A stretch of 64,000 nucleotides of DNA from Actinomycetes bacterium (GTDB taxonomy: Bacteria; Actinomycetota; Actinomycetes; JBOGEN01). The position numbers were made by a program, and so were the translations under genes. The notes under the pieces were generated by a model. The model saw only the letters and a program-made list of their open reading frames with translations. It ran no database searches and was not told the DNA's origin. The stretch spans positions 16,907 through 80,906 of the forward strand of contig JBOGEN010000203.1 of NCBI GenBank assembly GCA_050743265.1, read 5' to 3'. Positions 19,601 through 27,483 of the stretch are shown piece after piece. How positions within the stretch are numbered: the stretch's first letter is position 1; every line of letters begins with the position of its first letter.

Positions 19601-20758
19601 GCCGGTGTAGACCGGGATGGTGCCTGCCGTGACCGTCTGCTCGGTGTCCGGCGACCAGATCCGCACGTCGCCGTTGCGCTCGGTGAAGAACACGCGCCCG
19701 TCCTCGGCGACGTCGAGCTCGAAGGGGTTCTGCGTGTCGTCGTCGATCGTGACCTTCTCGAAGTCCTCAGGACCCGGCGCTGCCTGGCGCGGCTCGCCGC
19801 AGTCGGCCGGCACGGCCCGCGTCGCGGTCTGGATCCCGCCGAGGACGTGCTGCGTGTACTCGGGCTCGCTGAACGAGGCGTCCGTGTGACCCATGCCCGT
19901 GTACCACATGCGGCCACCGTCGAAGTCCGAGCACCAGGCGATCGGGTGGTCGTCGTCGGTGGCGTTGCCGTCCTGCTCGTCATAGGTCGTCTCGTCGACC
20001 GTCGCGAGCACGTGGACCCCGCTGTCACGCGGGCTGACGTCGGTGCCTCCGCCGCCCACGCTCGGGTTGGCGGGTGACTGGTAGTTGTACCACTCGTCCG
20101 TGCGCGTCCAGCGGGCCGGCAGCCCGGTGGTGGACGGCTCGTCAGGGTCCTCGATGTCGACGGAGGCCGTCGGGGTTCCGGCGGGGTGGTTGCGGAAGTA
20201 GCCACCCAGCATCTGGCCGTACCAGCCCCACGAGTACTCGGTGTCGGCCGCGGCGTGGATGCCCACGAAGCCGCCGCCGGCCTGCATGTAGCGCTCGAAC
20301 GCGGCCTGCTGGGTCGCGTCGAGCACGTCGCCGGTCGTGGAGAGGAACACCACCGCGTCGTACTGCGCGAGGTTCGCGTCGGTGAACTGCGCGGCGTCCT
20401 CGGTGGCGTCGACGTTGAACCCGTTGTCGGCGCCCAGCTGCTGGATCGCGGTGACTCCGGACGGGATCGAGTCGTGCCGGAAGCCTGCGGTCTTCGAGAA
20501 CACGAGCACGTTCTCGAGCTGGAAGAGCTGCGCCGTCGCGCCCCCCGACTCGCCGTCGGCGGACGACCTGGCTGGCACAGACAGGTCCTCGACGGCCGAC
20601 GACTCCGCCTTCACTGACGAACCAGGCGCTGTGGACTCAGCCGGTGTCGACACCTGGCCGGGGGCCAGCGCGTACGCGGGCGCCAGGCCGAGCAAGCTCA
20701 CCACTAGTGCCATTGAGGCCACCACGGCCAGCCCCGCGACGCTCTTCGACGGCCTCAT
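13634..20758 (-). CDS. giant secreted multidomain protein: ThuA - PQQ-dependent sugar dehydrogenase (SGDH beta-propeller) - PKD - CBM6-like - PKD - 4x ConA-like lectin/glucanase - PKD - ThuA - 2x PKD
   Basis: The ATG at 20758 has GGAGGG 7 nt upstream, and a signal peptide MRPSKSVAGLAVVASMALVVSLLGLAPAYA follows. There are two ThuA blocks reading FSKTAGFRH...GGG(F/Y)(V/T)GIHAA. The propeller segment contains PFELDVAEDGRVFFTERNGDVRIW. Four DEFDG/DAFDG..LD..RW modules and several PKD modules of the type PLEVTF...YEWDFGDG are present. Confidence 0.85.
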   Translation of the reverse strand: MRPSKSVAGLAVVASMALVVSLLGLAPAYALAPGQVSTPAESTAPGSSVKAESSAVEDLSVPARSSADGESGGATAQLFQLENVLVFSKTAGFRHDSIPSGVTAIQQLGADNGFNVDATEDAAQFTDANLAQYDAVVFLSTTGDVLDATQQAAFERYMQAGGGFVGIHAAADTEYSWGWYGQMLGGYFRNHPAGTPTASVDIEDPDEPSTTGLPARWTRTDEWYNYQSPANPSVGGGGTDVSPRDSGVHVLATVDETTYDEQDGNATDDDHPIAWCSDFDGGRMWYTGMGHTDASFSEPEYTQHVLGGIQTATRAVPADCGEPRQAAPGPEDFEKVTIDDDTQNPFELDVAEDGRVFFTERNGDVRIWSPDTEQTVTAGTIPVYTGEENGLIGMQLAPDFEQSGWIYLAYSALPESSLEQRVSRFRVNGNSLDMDSEQVILTWTHQRDECCHSSGSLYFGPDGSLYVSTGDNTNPFASDGFAPLDERPGREAWDSQRTAANTDNLNGKFLRVVPMETIAPGTQPGAGTTYTIPAGNLFPTGTAATRPEIFAMGFRNPFRFTVDPATGWVLMGDYGPDAGATVAGKGPQGSVEFNAVTSAGNYGWPYCVRQNTPYHDADFSTTPITYGAPFDCANPVNESPNSTGLTNIPAARPATMWMGYSEVDTRFPGLGTGGAPTGGPRYHYDPSGPPSQFPEYYDDEWFLGEWNNGWIKHATLDGEGDATDVRQFPYLGASGCQQNAGTNGCYKRPMDLDFGPDGSLYLIEWGSGFGGNNADSGVYRIDYVGAGRRPVAHAAATPTSGQAPLEVTFSSEGSVDPDGTSLTYEWDFGDGSPTSNEVNPTHTYTAAGTYAASLRVTDQAGQTGVDNVQIVVGNTAPEVTIDIPEHGQFAAFGDEVPYEITVTDAEDGSTTDGSISCADVTLNISLGHDEHAHEVSEQTGCSGTFETLDAGGHGETANTFTVIEAVYTDQAQGGGAGAITGRAEALLRRKRQQAEFFTSTGRVPGAVGGGDAGVQTETTTDTGGGQNIGFIENGDYVSFDPMNLKDITSMRFRVASAGAGGTIEVRADAPDGPLVAETPTIAPTGGWQTWADVELPLTTPPGGTHELFFVFRHPTDQGGLMNLNWIQFVGKGAATTAAPEVTASADPTTGEAPLTVHLTADATDPEGGALTYAWDFGVAGTGDDTSTEQNPTYTYEQPGTYTARVTVTDPDGGESTATAEVRVTGAGGGTCPTGVRSDEFDGDALDLNRWTVIRPDDTRPPTVSGGNLNFPIDNGSIFGPGTSARNIVVQPLPDGAAEVTAKITTDPLTDNYQQAGLRVYSDDDNWASVHMIHAGGARDFEFIYESGGIPRNAAEDKLGGIPDQSPLTYWVRLVSDGQQLTAFYSFDGEEFLPVGRPASLATLDNPRVGPVALSDQAPTFPVAHFDWIRFNPDSAGGGGGSGLSDAFDGSSLDTTRWDAIVRDVPSEYTVANGQLTITTSPGDIYTGDTTPPPNNFVLQDASHADDDWTIETKMSGTINGGYGQGGLIAYQDGDNYVKLDPISDAGSTRINRIELRSEVGGAVANPQDNVDVPEGTSDYWLRLTKSGTSYTGEYSFDGATWTAFPAPVENPMAPPDFGVFAFGPQADGQGDTVSFDHFVLNGEVPGGECGCTGDEFDGTNLDTTRWNGIVREDESLYNVSNGALDVTTVNGDIYTDSDPATTRNFLLQTPDHAGADWVIETRVDAGELSGGYEQAGLLAYADDDNYVKYDVISDDGQTALNRIELRSEVDGAVQDPQPQLSPLPAGTETVSLRLTKAGTTYSGEYSFDGTTWTSIGEAVPNEMAAPRFGLFTLGVNSGGGTAHFEYFSVGGSTGCPGQGPQNRAPVVDAASADPTIGFGPLEADFTVEATDPDEDELTYSWDFDGDGTEDSTQQNPTHTYTEPGEYEPRVRVSDGEDTVARTIDVQVLQPDDEAARFRTLAFSKTAGFRHSSIDEGHAAIEQLGDEHGFQVDHTEDATAFRSDVLSHYDTVVFLSTTGDVLDSQQQTAFEAYIRGGGGYTGIHAASDTEYSWTWYGKLVGAYFRNHPANQTASVRVEDDAHPSVADLPRGYERLDEWYNFKSPDFAEVGEADFSPRGSGNVHVLANIDESTYDEDDGNTTDDDHPVTWCHRYDGGRSWYTAMGHVEESYVEEQFLTQLLGGLETTAGVALSATCGERTSGPGAPTVQASADPTTGDAPLEVTFTPTAIDPDGGPLTYDWRFGDGTSSTMRSPKYVYTEPGTYTATLFVTDDEGEQATAAMTITVGAGTPPTVVATANVTSGSAPLRVRFAATADDPNGPETQLRYAWDFGDGGTGSGSRATHRYLTAGTYTATVTVTDQEGAMATDQIQITVIP

Positions 20759-21583
20759 TGCGCCACCCTCCGGACCTCGAGACACGAGCCCCCCGCGAGG
20801 GACACACGCCGAGCGCAGGCCCCCAGAGCCTGAGAGTTTGTACTCCTTTACCGAACTTGGGCGCAATATCACTTTTCTCTAGTGTGAACCAAGTGAGAGT
20901 AAAATCCTCGCACAAGGGCCGCCGTCCAGAGGCGCGCGTGCGCCGAGTGCTCGTACGGCCACGCAACGCGACGATGCCGCTGCCAGCGTCAACTACCCGC
21001 AGCTTCGAGGGAAGATCGAGCTCCCTGCCCCCGGAAGACGATCAACGTCCCGCCTGCCTCGGTGAGGCCAACGAAGGCGAGCGCACGCCTGGCGGGCTTT
21101 GGCGGCCGTGCGAGTCGCCTCCCGATCCGCGGCGAGCACGTCATTGCCCATCTCCTGAGACCCTGGGACTCACGCGCTGGTTCGGATACGCCCGCTATCT
21201 AGGACTTGTCGTTTCATTCTTTCGTCTCAGGCATCACGGAGAAAGAGGACGAGCTGGCCCTGAGGGTGACCCCGTGCAAGGCTGTGCATGCAGAAAGTGG
21301 CAATGCGCTCGGGTGTCGCTGCCGCATCCAGCCCTGTTCTCGCGAAGCCGCACACGTCCCCTCTCTTGACTCACATACTTGCCGACGCGGCATGGCCGCC
21401 ATGGTCTGGCGTGCGCGGTTGGGGTCTGTGCACGAGGTGCTGAACCTGCACGGAGAATCTTCAAGAACGAAAAGGGGACCGCACCATGAGGCCCGGAAAT
21501 CTGATCTCTGCGAACCACACCCGCCCGGTACCGACCGTGGCCGAGCAAACGTTGAGCCACGTCGTCTCTGGAGGAGGGCGCAG

Positions 21584-22642
21584 ATGACTCACCGACGAGA
21601 GGTGGTCGTCGTCGGAGGCGGGCAGGCGGGGCTCGCGGTGGGGTACTACCTGGCACAACAAGGGCGCGACTTCACCATCCTCGAGGCTTCTGCCGAGCCC
21701 GCGACCGCGTGGCGTGCGCGCTGGGACTCGCTCCGTCTGTTCACACCGGCGCGCTACAGCGCGCTACCGGGCCTCGCATTTCCCGGTGCGCCAGACCATT
21801 ACCCGACCCGGGACGAGGTCGCCGACTATCTCACCGGCTACGCCGCCCGGTTCGGGCTGCCGGTCGAGCTGGACAGCACGGTTCGCTCGGTGCGCAAGAC
21901 CGACGGGACCTACCTGGTCGAGCTCGACGACCGATCGTATGAAGCCGACCAGGTGGTGGTCGCCACCGGACCGTTCCAGGTGCCCCACCTGCCGGCCATG
22001 GCCGAGCAGCTCGACGACACCGTCAGGCAGTTCCACAGTGTCGCCTACCGGTCGCCGCGTGATGTGGCAGGAGGGCCGGTCCTCGTCGTTGGCGGCGGGA
22101 ACACCGGTTTCCAGATCGCCCAGGAGCTCTCCGGCACCCACGCGGTCCACCTGGCAATCGGATCCCGGCAGACACCGCTTCCCCAGCGCCTGCTGGGTCG
22201 CGACCTGTTCTGGTACCTCGAGGCCGTCGGGTTGATGCGCAAGACGACGACGTCCCGGATCGGGCGCAGGATGTCGGGCAAGGACACGCTCATCGGCTCC
22301 TCACCCCGGGCTCTGCGCCGCCGACACGGAGTCGTGCTCCACGGACGAGCTGTCACCGCGGAGGGGTCGACCGTCAGCTTCAGCGACGAGACGACGCTCG
22401 ATGTCGGCACGGTGATCTGGGCCACCGGCTTCACACCCGATCACGCATGGGTCGATGTCCCGGTGTTCGACGAGAGGGGCCGCCTCGCGCACAAGCGGGG
22501 TGTGACCTCCTCACCCGGGCTCTACTTCCTCGGGATGAGCTGGCAGCACACCAGAGGCTCGGCCCTGCTCGGCTGGGTCACGGACGACGCCGAGTTCCTC
22601 GCAGAACAGATCAGCGCCTTCCGCGTCAGCGCCACCAGCTGA
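21584..22642 (+). CDS. CzcO-like FAD/NAD(P)-binding flavoprotein (putative K+/cation-transport-associated flavin monooxygenase)
   Basis: The ATG is preceded by GGAGGAGGG. The first dinucleotide motif is VVVVGGGQAGLAVGY and the second is VLVVGGGNTGFQIA. Confidence 0.75.
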   Translation: MTHRREVVVVGGGQAGLAVGYYLAQQGRDFTILEASAEPATAWRARWDSLRLFTPARYSALPGLAFPGAPDHYPTRDEVADYLTGYAARFGLPVELDSTVRSVRKTDGTYLVELDDRSYEADQVVVATGPFQVPHLPAMAEQLDDTVRQFHSVAYRSPRDVAGGPVLVVGGGNTGFQIAQELSGTHAVHLAIGSRQTPLPQRLLGRDLFWYLEAVGLMRKTTTSRIGRRMSGKDTLIGSSPRALRRRHGVVLHGRAVTAEGSTVSFSDETTLDVGTVIWATGFTPDHAWVDVPVFDERGRLAHKRGVTSSPGLYFLGMSWQHTRGSALLGWVTDDAEFLAEQISAFRVSATS

Positions 22643-22718
22643 ACGCCGACGATGCACAGCCGAACACCGTTGACCGAACGAGCGCACCGCTGCGCTCGGG
22701 ATCACACCTGGGGGTGAC

Positions 22719-24464
22719 ATGAGTACCACCGAGAACCACTTCGAGACCGACGTTGCCGGACTTCCCCTCGCACACCCCCATGAGCGGGTGGACCTGGCAG
22801 ACGGCGACGAGTTCGACATTCGCATCGCCCCGGTCGCCAAGCAGATCGGTGACACGACGGTCCGGATGCTGGCCTACAACGGATCGGTCCCCGGGCCCAT
22901 GCTGCGGGTGCGGGAAGGCTCGGAGCTCATCGTCAACGTCGAGAACCAGGGCGACCTGGAAGCGACTGTGCACTGGCACGGGCTACGCCTGGAAAACCGC
23001 TCCGACGGGACGCACCAGACCCAGGAGCCGATCAAGGTAGGCGGCCGCTTCTCCACCGTCGTGGCATTTCCCGACCCCGGGGTCTACTGGTACCACCCTC
23101 ACATCCGCGGCGACTACGGGCTGGAGATGGGTCTGTACGGCACCGTCCTGGTGGAGCCGGCCGAGGCCGAGTACTGGCCTCCGGCCCACCGTGAGGTGCT
23201 CCTCACCCTCGATGACCTGCTGCTCGAGGACGGCAAGGTGGCGCCGTTCAGCCGCGCAGAGACGACCCACGCGGCAATGGGCCGCTTCGGCGATGTCCTA
23301 CTCGTCAACGGCGACCCCGACCTGTCCTTGACCGCGCAGGTGGGCGAGGTCGTCCGCTTCTACCTGGTCAACACGGCCAACACCCGCGTCTTCAAGGTCA
23401 CCCTCCCAGGGGTCCGGATGAAGCTGGTCGGTGGCGACAGCGGACACGTCGAGCGAGAAGAGTTCGTCGACGACGCGGTACTGGCGCCCTCGGAGCGTGT
23501 CGTCCTCGACGTGCTGTTCGACAGCCCCGGCGAGATGCGGCTCGAGCACCACACGCCAGGGCAGGTGTACCCGCTCGCGTCCATCCACGTCGGCGGCGAG
23601 CCGGTTGAACCGCCCCTCCAGGAGCAGTTCCACGTCCTGCGCACGAACGCCGACATGGTGGCCGAGCGGGAACGCGTCGCGGAGTACGCGCAGGCTCCAC
23701 CGGACAAGACTCTGGCCTTCATCGCTGAGATGGACATGACCGGACCCGCGGGAGACGGTCCCGTCGCCTTCTCGTGTCCGATGCACCCCGAGGTGGTCAG
23801 GGACGTCCCCGGTCACTGCCCCACCTGCGGGATGAAGCTCCTCGCCGTCGAGGCTCCCGCCACCACCTACGTCTGCCCGATGCACCCCGAGGTGGTCAGC
23901 GACACCCCCGATCACTGCCCCACCTGCGGGATGAAGCTCCTGCCGGACGCGCTGGTGGCCGCGGCGGGGAACAGCCACGACCACGCTGACCACGAGGAGG
24001 GGCACGGGCGCCAGACCCACGACGAAGCCGACCACCAGGGCCACGGCCACGCCACGGCCGACGGCATCGAGTGGGAAGACGACATGGTCGAGGTCAACCG
24101 TCTGACGACCGCCGCCAACATGCGCTGGAAGCTGATCGACCGTGACACCTCGGCCGAGAACACCGCGATCGACTGGCGCTTCCGAGTCGGGGACCAGGTC
24201 AAGATCCGACTCCTCAACGAGATGGCCGGAGACCACCCGATGCATCACCCGTTCCACGTCCACGGGGCAGGGCGCTTCCTCGTCCTGCGCCGCGACGGAA
24301 ACGAGGAGTCCAACCTGGTCTGGAAAGACACCGTGCTGGTGCGCACCGGGGAGACGGTCGACATCCTGCTGGACGTCACCAACCCCGGTCTGTGGATGGC
24401 GCACTGTCACATCGCCGAACACCACGAGACCGGAATGATGTTCAGCTTCGAAGTGACGGAATGA
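22719..24464 (+). CDS. multicopper oxidase with a duplicated heavy-metal-binding insert and a His-rich tract, no signal peptide
   Basis: The copper-ligand motifs are HWHG, WYHPH, HPFHVHG and HCHIAEHH. Two CPMHPEVV..CPTCGMKLL repeats are followed by HDHADHEEGHGRQTHDEADHQGHGH. Confidence 0.85.
   Translation: MSTTENHFETDVAGLPLAHPHERVDLADGDEFDIRIAPVAKQIGDTTVRMLAYNGSVPGPMLRVREGSELIVNVENQGDLEATVHWHGLRLENRSDGTHQTQEPIKVGGRFSTVVAFPDPGVYWYHPHIRGDYGLEMGLYGTVLVEPAEAEYWPPAHREVLLTLDDLLLEDGKVAPFSRAETTHAAMGRFGDVLLVNGDPDLSLTAQVGEVVRFYLVNTANTRVFKVTLPGVRMKLVGGDSGHVEREEFVDDAVLAPSERVVLDVLFDSPGEMRLEHHTPGQVYPLASIHVGGEPVEPPLQEQFHVLRTNADMVAERERVAEYAQAPPDKTLAFIAEMDMTGPAGDGPVAFSCPMHPEVVRDVPGHCPTCGMKLLAVEAPATTYVCPMHPEVVSDTPDHCPTCGMKLLPDALVAAAGNSHDHADHEEGHGRQTHDEADHQGHGHATADGIEWEDDMVEVNRLTTAANMRWKLIDRDTSAENTAIDWRFRVGDQVKIRLLNEMAGDHPMHHPFHVHGAGRFLVLRRDGNEESNLVWKDTVLVRTGETVDILLDVTNPGLWMAHCHIAEHHETGMMFSFEVTE
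23775..23942. repeat. tandem direct repeat (two ~68-nt copies, period 99 nt) inside the multicopper oxidase gene
   Basis: tgtccgatgcaccccgaggtggtcag...cactgccccacctgcgggatgaagctcct recurs nearly identically 99 nt downstream. It encodes the duplicated CPMHPEVV-x8-HCPTCGMKLL module. Confidence 0.8.
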
Positions 24465-24679
24465 CGCGTGGCGTGACCAACCTCGTCGAACGCCTGCCGG
24501 TGCACGCGGCCGGGCAACGACGCGGTGAGGTCATGGGCCAATCATCCTCAACGTCACCGCGTCGGGGAGGTGAACGATCGGCTGCTGAGCTTGTCGAGCG
24601 CCCGGGGAAGCTTGGACACGTCCGACTGCGAGAAGACTGGTCGGGGAGGGGATGGTCGTCCGCCGGCGCCGTGTTGTTC

Positions 24680-25378
24680 TCAGTCCGCTCGGGATGGCGC
24701 GCCGCGGGCGGCTTCATGGTGTGCGCGGTCGACGTCGGGGCTGCGGTACATCCGCTCCGGGATCTTCCCCAGCTCTGAGGTGTGCAGCCTCTGCGGTGTC
24801 AGCCCGTAGAACTGCTGGAAGCTCATGATCAACGGCCGCCACCGGTCCGGGTCGATCCGGTCGGTGTCACCAGCCAGGAGCAGAGTCTCGTCCACGTGCA
24901 CGCGGCGGACACGCACCTCCACGACCAGGGTCCGCCCGCTCAGCTCTGGGTCGTTTTCGGCAAGGCCGTGGCTGGCCTCGACGACCGCCTCCAGCTGGAT
25001 CGGGCATTCCATGACCCGGGGCGGGGTGACCGTCTCCGACCGCGTCTGGGTCAGTCGCGCGGTCGCGAACTTGTCACGCTCGTGTCGGTACCCGCGGCGT
25101 TCCTTGCGCCGTGGTACAGGGTTCGACCCGGTCGTGCGCGCGATCCGGTCGACGGCGTCGACCATGTCCTCGGATGGCAGGTTGAGGACGCACTCGCCCG
25201 TACGCAACAGGTTCTCGGGCGTCTTCGAGGTCATGTCGAGGCCGAGGACACACCGCCAGCCGAGCCAGAACGCCGAGGACATCGGGCTCAGGTTCGCCGA
25301 GCCGTCCTCGTTCATGCTGCTGATCAGCACGACCGGAGTCCCGACGTAGAGGATGCCTGGCTCGGCATTCCGATGCAT
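24680..25378 (-). CDS. flavin reductase-like FMN-binding protein
   Basis: The internal ATG MHRNAEPGILYVGTPVVLISSMNEDGSANLSPMS has GGAGAAGGGAAG upstream. The flavin_reduct motif is GTPVVLISS..DG..N. The ORF-track N-terminal extension of 66 aa lacks support. Confidence 0.7.
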   Translation of the reverse strand: MHRNAEPGILYVGTPVVLISSMNEDGSANLSPMSSAFWLGWRCVLGLDMTSKTPENLLRTGECVLNLPSEDMVDAVDRIARTTGSNPVPRRKERRGYRHERDKFATARLTQTRSETVTPPRVMECPIQLEAVVEASHGLAENDPELSGRTLVVEVRVRRVHVDETLLLAGDTDRIDPDRWRPLIMSFQQFYGLTPQRLHTSELGKIPERMYRSPDVDRAHHEAARGAPSRAD

Positions 25379-25759
25379 GGGCGACTTCCCTTCTCCAGCA
25401 GTCCCGTCGTGGGAAGACGCGGCGGACCCGGAGAATGTGAGGTCTCCTGCAACTGATCCCATAAGTGGCTGGCCAGCGCGGCCCATGGAGCGATGGCGGC
25501 GGGTCAGCGGCCGTGACGGCTGCTCGTTGCCACGCTGCGCCCGACAGCCGGCCGTGGTCCTGCCGGACGGTGGCAAGACTTCGGGAACGGCTCTTGAAGA
25601 ACCCCTTGCCCATCAGGTCGGCCGAGATCGCTCGCTTCGCCCAGCCACAACTCATCGAAGCGGAGCAGCCCTGAAGCCTGGCGGCACAGACCATCTGCCG
25701 ACCGGCGATAAACGTCAGGTCGCGTGTATCACTCGTGCTCGATCACGACGGCACCCAAG

Positions 25760-26062
25760 TCACTGCTCGCAGGTGGCCTGCACCTGAGCACGGAAGATGT
25801 GGCCGAAGTTCGGGTCGTTGAGAGTCTCGAAGACCTGTGGTTCGCCCACGATCGTGCACGGGCCGAAGAAGCCCATGGACACTGCCGTCACCTGGGCGTC
25901 GTCGAGCGCGCTCTGGATCGCCACCTCCGGTGTCGGCCCACGGCCGCCGCCATCAACGAGCGGACTGGCGGCGGCTACCGAGGACAGCAGCCCGACCATG
26001 GCCATAGACCCCGCCGCGATCGCCATCCCGGCGCCGGCGCGCCGGCTCCAGTTCAGCTTCAT
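25760..26062 (-). CDS. small secreted protein of unknown function (signal peptide, 2 Cys)
   Basis: The signal peptide is MKLNWSRRAGAGMAIAAGSMAMVGLLSSVAAA and the mature part is about 70 aa. An inverted, decayed paralogue lies 290 bp away. Confidence 0.5.
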   Translation of the reverse strand: MKLNWSRRAGAGMAIAAGSMAMVGLLSSVAAASPLVDGGGRGPTPEVAIQSALDDAQVTAVSMGFFGPCTIVGEPQVFETLNDPNFGHIFRAQVQATCEQ

Positions 26063-26348
26063 CGGTCACTCCCTCCGGACAGGAACGTGTTCACAGGTCT
26101 TGACGTAGCCTCGGCCTGAACGGTTCAACACCAACCGGTCAACCGCCTGCCCATGCGTACCCGATCCGCCAGGGGCCGGGCGTCCAGGCGTCCTCGCACG
26201 TCAGACGTCTGTACGGATCTGGCGCAACCACGACTCGACCAGGACCAGTGCACCCCCGCGGCAGAGTCCGTCGAGGGGCTCGCCTGACATGAAGCCGGCG
26301 TAGCCCGGGCGCCTGCGGTCGTGGTCGTGACACTCGTCGGACCGACCA

Positions 26349-26606
26349 GTGAGGACGACGCCACTGCAGTCAACGGCGCTGTTCTCTTCGGCGGCCGTCG
26401 CCAGTCCTGTCTTCGATGGCGGTGGCCTTGGACCGACTGCTGAGGTGGCGATCCAGAGCGCGGTCGGCGACGCCCAGACCACGGCCCAGTCCGTGGGCTT
26501 CTACGGCCCGTGCACGATCGTGGGAGAACCACTTGTTTCGAGGTCTTCGACGACCCGAACCGGGGGCATACTTTTCACGCGCAGGTGCAGGCCCCTGCGA
26601 GCAGTG
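26349..26606 (+). pseudogene. frameshifted paralogue of the small secreted protein gene at 25760-26062
   Basis: Frame 1 gives AVASPVFDGGGLGPTAEVAIQSAVGDAQTTAQSVGFYGPCTIVGEP, matching the intact copy. The remaining VFDDPNRGHTFHAQVQA...CEQ* can only be recovered by switching frames twice. Confidence 0.4.
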
Positions 26607-26734
26607 ACCAGTGACCCGCACACCTTCGTTGAGCAAGGACACCGGATCGGCAGGTTCTTGGCGGTCGTCCTTGCTCACCTGTGCCTCCGACGGAGGCGTT
26701 GAACTGCGCAAAGTGATCCGTACGCGACGATGGG

Positions 26735-27229
26735 ATGAGCACGATGCCCCTCGAGGGCGAGTACGAGCCGAGTACGCGACAGTGGGTGCGCGAGCAGGTC
26801 GAGCTGTACGAGAGTTCGGGCGGCACGCAGGGGACGACGCTCCGGGACACGGGCCTGCCCGTCGTCATTGTCACGACGCGCGGCGCGAAGAGCGGCAAGA
26901 TCCGCAAGGTCCCGCTGATGCGCGTGGAACACGACGGGCGGTACGCGGCCGTGGCCTCGAAGGGCGGCTCCCCGCGACACCCGGTCTGGTACTTCAACCT
27001 CAAGTCCGACCCTCACGTGGAGGTCCAGGACGGGCCCGTACGCAAGGACATGACGGCCCGTGAGATCACGGGGGACGAGAAGGCCGCGTGGTGGAAGCGC
27101 GCGGTCGCCACGTATCCGCCCTACGCCGAATACCAGGAGAAGACCGACCGTGTGATCCCCGTCTTCGTGCTGGAGCTTGCGCCCGCGGCAGGATCGGTCG
27201 AGGCCCCACCGCGGTCAACAAGGACCTGA
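26735..27229 (+). CDS. nitroreductase-family deazaflavin (F420)-dependent oxidoreductase (DUF385, Ddn-like)
   Basis: Family-typical sequence is present: [54 protein letters not shown]...VIPVFVLE. Confidence 0.65.
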   Translation: MSTMPLEGEYEPSTRQWVREQVELYESSGGTQGTTLRDTGLPVVIVTTRGAKSGKIRKVPLMRVEHDGRYAAVASKGGSPRHPVWYFNLKSDPHVEVQDGPVRKDMTAREITGDEKAAWWKRAVATYPPYAEYQEKTDRVIPVFVLELAPAAGSVEAPPRSTRT

Positions 27230-27483
27230 TCCGCGCGGCCCGCGCCGAGGGGGCAGTTGAGGCGACCGAGCACGGTCGGCGTGGACGTGTACGGCGAAGA
27301 CGCCGGACGTACCGACGAAGCGCGACGGGAGACCATCGATCCCGATCCGCGTGCGCGTGGAGCGGGCCACGTTTCGCGTGCCACGGACGTGCCGCTGGTT
27401 CGTCATCGAGGCTGTCTCGGACGGTAGATCACGGTCGGCCGATCATGGACTGATTTGCGAAGACGCTGGTCAGCCGTGGGGGT

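Noticed and set aside
20759-20872. 38-codon N-terminal extension (MILRPSSVKEYKLSG...) of the giant protein given in the ORF track.
   Set aside because: The downstream ATG at 20758 has a strong GGAGGG RBS and begins a canonical signal peptide. The extension has neither.
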